Origin: Harriotta raleighana
Taxonomy: Eukaryota
DNA length: 64,000 nucleotides
Direction: 5' to 3'
NCBI GenBank assembly: GCA_050575255.1
Contig: JBNZDD010013596.1
Coordinates: 1,192,440-1,256,439, forward strand
This document shows positions 14,031-25,885 of this stretch, one piece after another; position 1 is the first letter of the stretch, and every line of letters begins with the position of its first letter. Made by a program: the position numbers and the translations under genes. The notes below the pieces were generated by a model that saw only the letters and a program-made list of their open reading frames with translations, did not search any database and was not told the DNA's origin.

Positions 14031-14379
14031 CCCTAAATTAAATGGAATGATTATTAAATACATAGATCAAAATAAATGCGGTGGGGGGGTGGAAATGATT
14101 TTAGGTACTTAATGCACACTCGTGTTAAATATAAAGATGATCATCTTCATTAAACGGAAACAGGAAGGTACAGTAAAAAATAGATCAAATGACACTTTAT
14201 CAGTGATGGCTGCAGAATTTGCTGCTAGTAATTACCACTGAAGCTGCATACATTTTGTTTTAATGCTAGCTTTCATTTCAGAACCAACATCATTTCAAAT
14301 CATCATCACCATGATAAACTTAATAATAAGTTACAATTGATATACAGTTAACCCTCGTCCAAGGCGACTTTATCAATTG

Positions 14380-14640
14380 TGAATTCAAGTATATGCGCCG
14401 AAACAAAAGCATCACTTCTTTGAGCAGCACGCGTAAAATTTGGGTATGCTTGATGGCTGGCTCCTGCGCGCATGCGCACGTGTAAGAATGCCGACAGCTC
14501 CCGACTAAATCCGATAATTCCTTGATTGGCTGGTCCCGCACGCAATTCACTTTTGGGTAACTTTTCGATAACTCTTCGGCCTTGGAGCATCCTGATGGCA
14601 TCGCATGGTAAACGGAAGAGACACAAACAGAGAGAGTCTC
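14380..14640. promoter_or_regulatory. Orphan CpG-rich promoter-like element
   Basis: Local CpG enrichment with NRF1 palindrome GCGCATGCGC (14468-14477), E-box CACGTG (14477-14482), inverted CCAAT (14525-14529) and ETS-like CGGAAG (14613-14618). Confidence 0.6.
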
Positions 14641-15149
14641 CTAACAGTAATTTAGCCTAGCTGTGGTTTTATTGCTTTATTGCTTTTTTAAAATTGCTTT
14701 TCTGTTTTGTTATCGCTTTATAGCAATAACAGCTTTCTGCATCTCCCGACCGCCTGTGGCTGTCTGCTCCCACCACACCACCCCCGAGCGGCTTTCTGCT
14801 ACACCCCCATCTCTCTCCGCCCCTCTCCCTAGTTTCTCTCTGCCTCCCTCCCAGGTTCCCACTGATTTGCCCACTTCCCGGGTGGTAGGGAAGACGATAG
14901 CAGGAAGAAGGGGGGAGCAACAAGAACGGGGAGAGGGGGGCGTAGAGAGGGGAGAGCCAGCCGCCTGTAGCCCACCTCAGTACGTACCTTGTATTCATCA
15001 TGTGGATGTGCCTGGACGCTTGAGGTAGGTAGCCTGCGACTGGATTCCTCTAATCCTCCTTTTCCCATTACTTGTTAAGTTTACCCAATGCAATTTTATT
15101 GAGTACACACTTGTGCAGGAATGTAACCCCCGTGATCGAAGAGGGTTAA

Positions 15150-15435
15150 CTGGAGTTCCATTTATGTTGGAAGAACAATGCAAAGCACTTCCAATTATGT
15201 ATTTTGTAGGTGAATGTGGCAGCCAATTTGCACATAGCAATGTCCCACAAACAGACTATGAGGTGAATGACCTGTTTTATCTGGGGGAATGTTGCCACGA
15301 CACCAGGAGAAACTTTTCCAATAGTGCTCTGAGATCTTTGAATGTCCATCTGAATGGGCAGATGGAACCTAGGTTAACATCTCATACGCAGTACAGTATA
15401 TAGCACCTTTGACAATGCAACACACTCAGTACTAT
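15150..15435 (-). mobile_element. Old Deu-domain SINE fragment
   Basis: GGCAGCCAATTTGCACATAGCAATGTCCCACAAACAG and GACACCAGGAGAAACT...ATCTTTGAATGTCCATCTGA. Confidence 0.65.
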
Positions 15436-15439
15436 TTCC

Positions 15440-16770
15440 CACAGCACGGAAACTGCTCTGGTCAAGGTCACAAACGACATCCTGACCATCTGTGACCAGG
15501 GCTCCCTCTGCCTCCTTGATCTATCTGCCACCTTTGACAGTGTAGACCAAGCAATCCTCCACCCCCGCCTCTCCTCCCTCCTCAACTTTTAAGGCTCTGT
15601 CCTCGATTGGTTCCAGTCATACCTCTCACACCGCCTTCACCGCCTCCAACTGCTTTTCCTCCAGCCTTCGCTCAGTCAGATGCGGCGTTCCCCAGCGCTC
15701 TGTCTTTGGCCCCCTGCTCTTCACCCTCTACATGCTCCTTCTGGGTGACATCATCCGCAGACATGGGGTAAACTTCCACATGTATGTGGATGACATCCAA
15801 CTCTACCTTTCCGCTTCTACCCTCGATTCCAGGACTACTGGCATCTTGACTGTGTGTTTGTCCGACATTGAGTCCTGGACAAAGGACAATTTCCTCCAAC
15901 TTAACGTCAATAAGATGGAGGCCCTCCTGATTGGCTTGTGTCAGCGCTTCCGCACCTCAAGCGCTGACAACATCAACATTCAAGGCTGCTCTCTCCACCT
16001 TTCGAAGCCAGTCAGGAATCTGGGTGCCTTGTTTGACCCCGAACTGTCCTTCCCTGCTCATATCCGCACCATGACAGGTACAGTGTTCCACCATCAACGT
16101 AACATTGCCAGACTCCATCACTACCTCACCCCCATGCTGCCAAAACACTCATACATGCTTTCATTACACCAGACTGGATTACGGGAACTCTCTCCTTATC
16201 GGCCTTCCCAGCTCCTCCCTTCACAAACTGCAGATTAGTCACAACTCTGCAGCTCGTGTATTTTCCCGCACTAGACTCCGCAACCATATCACTCCCAACC
16301 TCGCCTGTCTCCACTGGCTTCCCATCCCCATGAATTCAAGATCTGCGTCCTCACCTTCAAGGCCATACACGGCCTCTCCCCCGCCTATCTCTCCGACCTG
16401 CTGTCTCCCTATCAGCCTGTCCGTTGCCTCCGCTCAGCAGGCTCTGGTCTGCTCCGCGTCCACCGTCCTAACCGCCCAACCATCGGTGCCCGGGCTTTTA
16501 GCCTCTCTGCTCCCACATTGTGGAAGTACATCCTGCAATCCCTTCGCCTCATGTTCTCCCTTTCCTCCTTCAAGGCTGGTCTCAAGACCTTCCTCTTCGA
16601 CTGTCCCTTCTGCTCTCCTCCTAACTCTTTCCCCCTCTCCTACTCTCCTGCTTTTCCCCCTACCACAACCCTTTCCCCCTGCCCAGGTCCCGACCTGATT
16701 GCTCAGCGCCTTGGGATGTCCTCCCGATGTGAAAGGCGCTCTATAAATGTAATTTTTTGTTGTTGTTGTT
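15440..16770 (+). mobile_element. 5'-truncated L2 (CR1/L2 clade) LINE with disrupted RT ORF2
   Basis: Encodes [27 protein letters not shown] (YADD-type), RNLGALFDPELSF and RLDYGNSLL in shifting frames; ends in AGCGCCTTGGGATGTCCTCCCGATGTGAAAGGCGCTCTATAAATG plus (TTG)n. Confidence 0.92.
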
Positions 16771-17668
16771 TTAGATTAAGTCTAGATTGTGTAAACTCAA
16801 ATGCCCTTCATCAGGTTTAATCTACAACTTTCTGACCCAGATCTGCATTGCTACCAACTGAGCCAGGCTTTCAGTGATTTACAATTGAATATAGTATTTA
16901 TCATATCTTAAATCAACTATTGCAACCCCAGTACATCCATACACTATGATGAAATAATTGTTAACTATTTTTGTGTTAATGTGTTCTATCAGTCCACTGA
17001 GCTTTAGCTTTATTTTTTAAGCAAACTTACATGTCCCATGTGTACCCCAGAATATTTCCTTTGAGAACTGTTTTAATATATTTTTCATAGTCTATAAATT
17101 GTATCCCTTGTATTCACTCGGGGTAACTATGTTGATTACATTCCCAGGTTGGGCTGACCTTGGATATTTTGATGTGAAATACAAGGTACATTAGATTTTC
17201 CAACTTTATTTTATAGCTTAGCCATAATGGTTGAAATATGGTTGTAAAATGTAAGTCACTCTGTAGTTAGCTTCTAAATACAAGGTAGATGCTAGTCAGT
17301 TATGCAGCACCCACATGCTGTATAGCTCAAATTTTCATGATGTTAATCCAATAATCAAAGTTTATCATCAAATGGGCAAAACATGGCTTTTTTTCATTAA
17401 TAATTTTATTTCAGTTTGTGTTCTCGTGAGCTGAAAGGACATATTAGTGTATTTGAAACAGCTTGGATTTCTTACCTTTTTAAAAAAGTTTACTATCCTG
17501 AAAATGCAATTAATAGAAAATCAAGTGAAAATGTCCAGATGGGCAAAAACCATTAATGAGTTGGTTAATATTTGAAAGATTGAATCTGTATTTTTGGTTC
17601 TATTATTGGAACATCACTATATTCTATCAGTGCTATTCACTGGTAAAAGCAACACATTTCCCATAATA

Positions 17669-18979
17669 CAGTAAAAGCCCATTTATCCGGGACCCATGGG
17701 ACCTGGCCAGTGGCAGTTAAACAGTTTTCCGGTTGAATAGTTTTTTTTTAAATCATTTTTTTATTAAAAATTATTTTAATACATACCATATTAATAATAG
17801 ACTAAATAATAACAGATAATAACAATAATGTATATGGGTATTTTATTGAAATGTTGTACACTGTACCATATAAAGAATAGAGTAAATACAGTAATAACAG
17901 ATACTGTAATAACAGAATATTGTATGGCTACTTTATTGTAAATGTTGAACAATGCTATAGAAATAATAGACTAAATACAGTAATAACTAATACTATAATA
18001 ACAGAATACAGTAAAACCTTGTTTATCCTTGACTCGATGAACTGGAAAACAGCCATCTTAAAAAAAGTCCCGATTCGATGAATAGGAAGTTATCCGGCAA
18101 AAATTGATGTCACGTTTAATGAATCGACGGTCGCAAGTGAGTACTGGTGCAGGTATTTGTGGCTGGCCGCTAGTCAGGTTTAAACTCAATCCTGNTCACG
18201 TTTAATGAATCGACGGTCGCAAGTGAGTACTGGTGCAGGTATTTGCGGCTGGCCGCTAATCAGGTTTAAACTCGATCCTGCTCCTTTTAAAAGTTGCGTT
18301 TATTTTTACCTTCGTCGGGTGAGGACTGCCGTTGCGTATAAATATAAATAATAGTTAAGTATAAATAATAAAGTACTAATACTGGTGCAGGTACTCGTGG
18401 CTGGCCATTAGTCGGATGTAAACTCGCTCCTGCTCCTTTTAAAAGTCGCGTTTTTTGTTACCTCCGTCAGGTGAGGGCTGCTGTTGCGAAGTTAAGTATA
18501 AATAAAAATACTAAAACAATTAGTATTAAAGTACTAATTCTGTTATTATTCAGTCTATTATTAGTTAAAATAATTTGTAATTTAAAAAAAAATTATAGAT
18601 TTTTAAAAATTATTTTTTAAAAACCCCGTTCAACCAGCAATCCATTTAATTGCCACTGGCCAGGACCTGTGGGTGCCGGATAAACAGGGTTTTAATGTAT
18701 TATACTAGTACTATATATACTTAACTTTGCAATGGCAGCCCCCATAGAGGAAAACAAACGGCAATATCGCTACTTTCAAAAGGAGCAGGTGTGAGTTTAG
18801 ACTCGACTAGTGGCCAGCCGAGTATCTGCACCAATACTCGCGTGCGACAATCGATTCATTAAATACGACATCATTATGCTGCCGGATAACTTCTGGTTTA
18901 TCGAATTGTGACTTTTTTTTGAGGTTCCGGTTCAACTGGGTTTCCGATTCATCGAGTCACGGATAAACGGCTTTTACTG
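17669..18979 (+). mobile_element. Non-autonomous pogo/Tigger-like (Tc1/mariner superfamily) MITE, outer copy
   Basis: TIRs CAGTAAAAGCCCATTTATCC ... GGATAAACGGCTTTTACTG flanked by TA on both sides; no ORF. Confidence 0.85.
18009..18697 (-). mobile_element. Same-family MITE nested in inverted orientation
   Basis: CAGTAAAACCTTGTTTATCC ... GGATAAACAGGGTTTTAATG with duplicated TA; subterminal sequences are swapped relative to the outer copy. Confidence 0.85.
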
Positions 18980-19026
18980 TAATCTGAATCTTTACACGGC
19001 AAGTGCACCTGAATAATTTAAGAATG

Positions 19027-19200
19027 TTATAATAATCCTTGCATTTGATATAGCATGTTTCATGTCTTCTAGGCATCTCAAAGAGCTTCACAGAATATGC
19101 TGCAAAGTGAATTGACCATATATAAGTGGGCGAAACGCGGCAGCCAATTGCGCACAGCAGTGTCTTGCAAATAGTCGTGGGTTGAAATGACCAATTTTTT
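19027..19200 (-). mobile_element. tRNA-derived SINE 3' half
   Basis: Family tail and core in reverse complement. Confidence 0.8.
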
Positions 19201-19599
19201 TAATTACATATAACATTAAAAAAAAGTTCAAATCCCTTCTTACATATAAAAAATCATTTTCGTCCTACTTTATAATTTCCCATGTATAACATTAGAGGTA
19301 ATCAAGCTACGTTCAACTGTTTGAAGCTCTGGATGGACAAGAAGCAGATCGTGAGAGCACATAACAGAAATATTCCTGTCATATTCATTCCTGCTCGGAT
19401 ATACCAAATATCTACTCAGGATCAGGAACAAATCACATATATGTATGGGTACCGTTTTTGTGCGTCTGCCTGGTTCTGTTGATAGGACTCTCTTGCCACT
19501 GAATCAAAACACTGTGGATTCAANGATCAGGAACAAATCACATATATGTATGGGTACCGTTTTTGTGCGTCTGCCTGGTTCTGTTGATAGGACTCTCTT

Positions 19600-19947
19600 G
19601 CCACTGAATTAAAACACTGTGGATTCAACAACAAAATTGTATTTGCATGGGAATTGCAATTCGAACCTAAATAGGCCTGACACTCCAATATAGTGCTGCA
19701 TTGTCAGAGGAACCATTCTTCAGATCTGACATTAGCCTGATGCCCCATCTGCTTTTCTAGGTGAATGTTAAAGATCCCATGGAACTATTTGAAGAAAAGG
19801 GAGTTATTTCCGGTGTCTGGCCAACAATCATCCAAATAAAATTGGTCAATCATTTTGTTGTTTGTGGGGCACTGGATGCACAAATCAGCTGCCACATTAG
19901 CTCACACCACTTTTCATTTTTTACTGTTTATAATTTTGAGACAACTC
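19600..19947 (+). mobile_element. Old Deu-domain SINE
   Basis: GGTGAATGTTAAAGATCCCATGGAACTATTTGAAGAA...GGTGTCTGGCCAACA. Confidence 0.7.
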
Positions 19948-20280
19948 AATAATAATCCTTACATTTGATATAGTGCCTGATCACGTCTTCAAGATGTTTC
20001 AAAGCACTTCACAGAATATACTGTAAATTGAAGACTGTACATTTTGTGGGTGAGACGTGGCAGCCAATTGCGCACAGTAGTGTCCCACAAACAGCCATGG
20101 ATTGAAGTGACTCATTTATTATTATTTTTGAAGGAATTATTGCCCCAGGAAAAGCGATCCACCAATCGACTAACAACCAGGTTCCTACTTACTATAAGGT
20201 AAACATAGAAGTGTAAAGTAAGAAAACTTGCCCAACAATTAGCCATACCAAGAATTGAACCCAGGTCTTTTGCTGAAGCT
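19948..20280 (-). mobile_element. Near full-length tRNA-derived SINE
   Basis: Tail, core and B-box reverse complement GAATTGAACCCAGG; same long variant as 43-315. Confidence 0.8.
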
Positions 20281-22689
20281 GAGCTGCTGGTCTCCACATG
20301 ATATCAAATTCTACCTTATTATAATTATTATATATGCCTCGAGAAGTCTTCCCGATGTGAAAGGCGCTCTATAAATGTAAATCTGTTGTTGTTGTATTAT
20401 CATACATTACTGTATATTTTGAGTGGCTGGTGGCCAAAAATTAGTTTTTCTTTAATTGTTATCAAGGTTTCTGCTTCCCCCACTTTCCCCCACCCTCCAG
20501 TTCTGTTAGGCACAAAATAATACTTGGGAGTTACAGTATGTAATAAATTTTAGTACATTTCACAATGAACAAAATCTGTCAAGATGCATAATGATTTTGA
20601 ACCTGTGCTTATTATACCAAACATGTGGTGTGTGGGTGTGTAATGTGCATTGCGGTAACAGCATGGATCAATAACTGAGGTCAGGCTCTTTAACATTTAA
20701 GAAATATTGGTTCTGCATCCAGATCCTTGAACAATAAATGTTGACCCCTGCTAAAAAACATCACGCACCAGTATTACATTATGTTTTGGAAAACACATTG
20801 AATGTTGTAAGCTGCACAGGGAATTCACTAGTCAAAGGCGTAAAGTAAAAAATACCAGACTTGCCAAATTCAACACCATGAAAGGAATTCAAAACAGAAA
20901 AAAATGATTTTTCACTCACACATGCACTTACTTTAAATTGACAACTTCCCATCTAAGTGTGGCTATGTCAATTACTGGCACTATAAATTCCACTTAAGGG
21001 ACATTTTTGTAAAGTGAAGACAAATTGGAAATCCAAAACCTGTTTCCGTCTGAAACCATTAAGGTCACTTCTGTTAACACAGTTTATGTGCTCTCATTAA
21101 CAAGTGGGGATTTTTAAAAATACAAATCAATATTTTGCTTTGTTTACACCCCAAACTCAAAACACTTTCTGGAAAACTTGTCAGTTGGCTCCTACTATCT
21201 CCACAAAATAAGCCCAAATATAAATTATATTGTGCAAGGGTTTTTGGAAGAACTGGTTGAATCTGAAAGAAAATGAAACCGGAAACTCCAAAACTCATTC
21301 CAGACAAATAACATAATGTCAGTGTAACATTTACTGAACAATAGTTGTTATCTCAACCGCTAATTCATTAAGAGTTAAATATAACTATATTATAACTATA
21401 CCACATAATATGGACCCATGTCCACTCGATATGAAAGGCACTATAGAAATGTAAATTTGTGCTGCAATGTACATCACACAGAACAGGAAGATTTCAGGTT
21501 TCATATCTCTTCTGTATCGAATCAGCTTTGTGGGCACCATAACTAGTCTTAAGAATCTCAAGCATAGAGAGAGGGCAATCAGCTGGGGTTTTCCACACCT
21601 TATTTCCATCCAGCGACCTCTGTTGGAAATTAATCAATGTGGATAAAGCAATGACAGAATTTAGCTTTAGCCATGATAGCTTTGCCCCAATGTCAAATAC
21701 CCTGTCGACACAGACTTCAGCATTTCAAAGAAAAAAGGTGGACAGCCTTCATAAGCAGGCTACGGCCTTCAACAATATTGGAAATTAGACCATCTTAATC
21801 AACATGTAATAAAGATAATACTGTACCTGCATTTGCAACACCGCCTTTAAAGTCAACATGACATCCCAAAGCACTTCACAGGATGTGTAAATAATGTGCA
21901 GCCAAACTCAGCAGCCAATTTGGCAGAGGATGTCACATAAATAGCTACAAAATGAATGACCTAATTTTTCAAAGCGTCATGAGATCTGGACTTCTTTCAC
22001 CTGGATAAACAGATGGGGCATCAGTTTAATGGGGGAATGAGGATGGAGTGAGGGGGGAAAGTTGGCCAAAAATCTGATTAAAAAGGACAATCTTGAGGCG
22101 AACTCTGATGGTAGGTAGGGAAGGGCTAGTCAAAGGGACTCCAAGATGGAGTTCCAGAGAATGGGGGCAGATACATTGAAAGCAGGTCTACAAAACAGGC
22201 TACTGCCGGCTGAGAGAAAGGAGCAGTGGGGTTAGTGGTGTTTGAGGAGTTCAGGTAGGCAGATTGGGGAAAGATTGTGGAGGGTTCTAACAGTTAGGAT
22301 GTGGATTTCTCACTTAATATTGCAGCACATCCCTGGTATGGAGTATCAGCCTATTCTATGTGGGGGTGTGCATCCATAGCCTTTGGATTCAAGCTTTACC
22401 GATTAAGCCAACCCAACATTTGAGGCAGACATTAACCCTTTAGCTAGCATACCAACTGAGATACGGTTATTATTTTAACAGTGTACAGTGTATTTATTTT
22501 ACACTACATATGAAAGAAAACCTTTAAATCCATTCCCTCAGCCGTATATTTGCCTTGAGGATTCAATTATTCAACAAATGAAACCAGTATCTTCCCCATG
22601 CTTAGAAATACCCTGCTTGTGTAGTACTGTAATGATATAATTCAGTGGCCGTCTTAAGTTCCAATTCCAACCCCTCCACCAGACACAAT

Positions 22690-24262
22690 GTGCAATTTGT
22701 CTCTGCCAACAGTTACTCTTCCAGCCCCTGTGTGGTGTTCCTCAGGGCTCTGTCCTCAGTCTGCTCTTCAAACTCTACATGGTGACGTAATAATAATAAT
22801 CCTTGCATTTGACATAGTGCTTTTCACGTCGTCTAGATGTCTCAAAGTGCCTCACAGAATATACTGTAAAGTGAATTGACTGTATATACCTGGGCAAAGC
22901 ATGACAACCAATTGCGCACAGTAGTGTCCCACAAACAGCTGTGGATTGAAATGACCATTTTTTGGGGGATGGATTACGGAAACTTGCCCAAGATTTCATC
23001 CTCCCTGGAATTGATNCAATTTGTCTCTGCCAACAGTTACTCTTCCAGCCCCTGTGTGGTGTTCCTCAGGGCTCTGTCCTCAGTCTGCTCTTCAAACTCT
23101 ACATGGTGACGTAATAATAATAATCCTTGCAAGTCAACTTCCACATGTCCTTGGATGATNGTCTCTCGCTTGTAAGGCGATTGCTCTAACCACTGAGCTA
23201 CAGGACTCCAGACATGAGGTCAACTTCCACATGTCCTTGGATGACACACAACTCTATCCCTCGATTCCAAGATAACTGACATCCTGCTAGACTGTCAGTC
23301 AGACATGAAGTCCTGGATGAGAGCTAACTTTCAATGGCTGAATGTCAGCAAGACCTTGTGATTGGCTCATGCAAGTACCTCAAACACTGGCAGGATCAGT
23401 ATCCTTGGATGCACACTCCCATTTCAAGCCAGTCAGGAACCTGGGTGTCTTGTTCGACCTCCCAACTGTCCTTTCTTCTTCATCTGTGCCATGACCCGCT
23501 CTGCACTTCCTCCACCTTCGTAACATTGGCTGACTCCACCATCATCTCACCCCTCAGGCCATCGAAACCCTCATGCATGCAGTCGTCACTTCAAGGCTCG
23601 ACAATGGAAACTCCTGCATCGGCCCTCCCAACTCTTTCCTCCACAAGCCGTTGATCATCCAGAACTTGTGTTCTCATAATAATCATCCTTGTGTTTGATA
23701 TAGCACTTTTCACATCTTATCGATGTCTCAAAGCGCTTCATAGAATATACTGTAAAATGAATTGACTGTATAATTGTGGGTGAAACACAAATATCAGCCT
23801 CTGTCACTGCATCACCCCCACCTTGCCCACTTCCATGCTTCGCTATTCCTGAGAATAGAATTCAAGACCCTTGTCCTTACTTTTAAGGCTCCAGGGCCTT
23901 GCCACTTCCTACCTCTCTGACCTACTGAACCGCTATTAAATTGTCCATTGCCTCCGCTCAGCAGGCTCCAGCCTGCTCCATGTCTGCCGCCCAACCGACC
24001 TACCATCTGCAGCCTGGCTTTCAGCTTCACTGTCCCCATCCTTTGGAACTCAAACCCACAATCACATTGCATTGCTCCCTCGTATCCTTCAATGCACAAT
24101 TGAAGATCCTCCTTTTCGACCGTGCCTTCAGCTGCTGTACCTCTCTGCCCTCCGTCATCCAAACCCTGCCCCCCCACACTCGGGTCCTGATCCACCAGTG
24201 TTCAGCACCTTGGGATGTCCTCCCTTTGTGAAAGGCACTTTAAAAATGTAATTTTGTTGTTG
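22690..24262 (+). mobile_element. Degenerate L2 LINE interrupted by SINE insertions (about 22790-23210 and 23680-23790, minus)
   Basis: Collinear with 15440-16770 (AACTTCCACATG..GATGACACACAACTCTA; CCAGTCAGGAACCTGGGTGTCTTGTTCGAC) and has an L2 tail at 24205-24262. Confidence 0.8.
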
Positions 24263-24400
24263 GGTCATAGACTTCCTGTATTTTCTTAAACTTGCAAGTA
24301 TTATCTTCTTGGTACAGTATGCTGTATGAATCAAAATCATTACTGTAATCTTCCACATCGCTACATGATAACTATATATGCAAACATTAAGAAGAAGTTA

Positions 24401-24406
24401 TTTATT
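24401..24406 (-). terminator. Candidate RDH14 poly(A) signal AATAAA
   Basis: TTTATT on the plus strand about 340 nt past the stop; alternatives at 24522-24527 and 24583-24588. Confidence 0.5.
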
Positions 24407-24746
24407 AAGTTATCTATTGACCAACTGAAAAAGTGCCAAACAACTTAGATGTCTGGATCTATTCCTACAAATGCACAAACATATAAAAGGGAAGGCTCCA
24501 ACACTCAGTTCCAAAGTTAGGTTTATTTGCTTGAAAACATTCAACTTCAGGTAAATCATGTTAACACTTTGCAGTCCACTATTTTATTACATCCTTATGT
24601 GCAATTGTCTACTTGAAAGAGTTTTTTAGGCTTCATTTAACAATACATAGTAGATATTCTTATTTACTTAAAACCACAATTCACACAAAGCTAATATCTG
24701 AATTCAAGTTAACAAAACATTGGATTATTGACATTAAATCATCATA

Positions 24747-25361
24747 TTAAGTCAATCCCACCATTCTTTCACTGATTTCCCACAATTTCTTTGCAACTGC
24801 ATCATCCTTTGCTTTTGGCAACAATTCCTCCTCTTTGCAGTCTCCAAAATACTTCCCTGATACTTGTTCAACTTCAGGAGCTGTAGCCAGATAGAGGGGT
24901 GTCTCTGCTCCTTGCAATGGAGTTTTAAAGAAAGCCCAAGAAACCATTTTGAAGAGTGGCATTCCAAGCATAGGGATATTAATATGTCTTCCCAGGTTTG
25001 TGCGAACAATGCCTGGATGTAACACGTTAACAGTAACACCGGTGCCCACCAAACGTTTATCCAACTCATGAGTGAACAGAATATTGGCCAGCTTGCTCCT
25101 ACTATAACTAAAACTCTTGTTATAATTCTTCTCACTATTCAGATCATCGAAGTTGATCTCACCATACTTGTAGAGTTTGGAAGACACCACCACGATCCTG
25201 CTTGGAGCTGACTTTTTTAGAAGATCAAGAAGGAGGTTGGTCAGCAAGAAGTGTCCCAGGTGATTTACCCCAAACTGCATCTCAAAACCATCCTCAGTTT
25301 TCATATAAGGGCACTGAAAGATTCCTGCATTATTGATCAGCACATCAAGCTTCGGCTCTTC
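24747..25361 (-). CDS. RDH14: Retinol dehydrogenase 14, coding exon 2 (204 aa + stop)
   Basis: Acceptor ...ccctgattcaag|GAA, phase 0; [13 protein letters not shown]...[17 protein letters not shown]...YSRSK (SDR YxxxK)...[12 protein letters not shown]...SWAFFKTP matches vertebrate RDH14. Confidence 0.95.
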   Translation of the reverse strand, partial: EEPKLDVLINNAGIFQCPYMKTEDGFEMQFGVNHLGHFLLTNLLLDLLKKSAPSRIVVVSSKLYKYGEINFDDLNSEKNYNKSFSYSRSKLANILFTHELDKRLVGTGVTVNVLHPGIVRTNLGRHINIPMLGMPLFKMVSWAFFKTPLQGAETPLYLATAPEVEQVSGKYFGDCKEEELLPKAKDDAVAKKLWEISERMVGLT

Positions 25362-25885
25362 CTTGAATCAGGGAGGAGGAAGAGATCCATGGTTATACAT
25401 TTACCATGATTAGAAGGGACAAAATATGATAAAATAGTTGTAGTAACAAATTATACATATATATATATATAGTAACTTTGGCTCAAATTACAGTTCCAGC
25501 ACCTTACACATTGCTCTTCATTTATTGATGATAACTAAGAAGAAATAATGACATTAATGTTTTGATGTTTCACTTCATGCATACCACTGTACTGATAAAT
25601 TTGCATAATGTTGCACAGAACAAATTACACCATAGAGTAAGATGTACCTCTGAGTGCACAAATTCTGAGTGTCTAAATTTCCTGTCGAAAAATCAGCTAG
25701 CAGGCAATGAAACCAACTATTATTTAAGAAAAAGCAAAAGTTTAAACTAATGCAAGTAAAAGAGAGCATTGCATTGGGAAAAAATATCGATTTGGAAATA
25801 AATAATAAAAAAATGTATTAACAGGAATCTGATAATAATCTTTGTATTTGATATAACACCTTTGTCATTGAAACTTATTGGAATA

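Noticed and set aside
15732-16820. RT-like ORFs as a functional gene or active element
   Set aside because: 5'-truncated, frameshifted L2 ORF2 with no endonuclease domain
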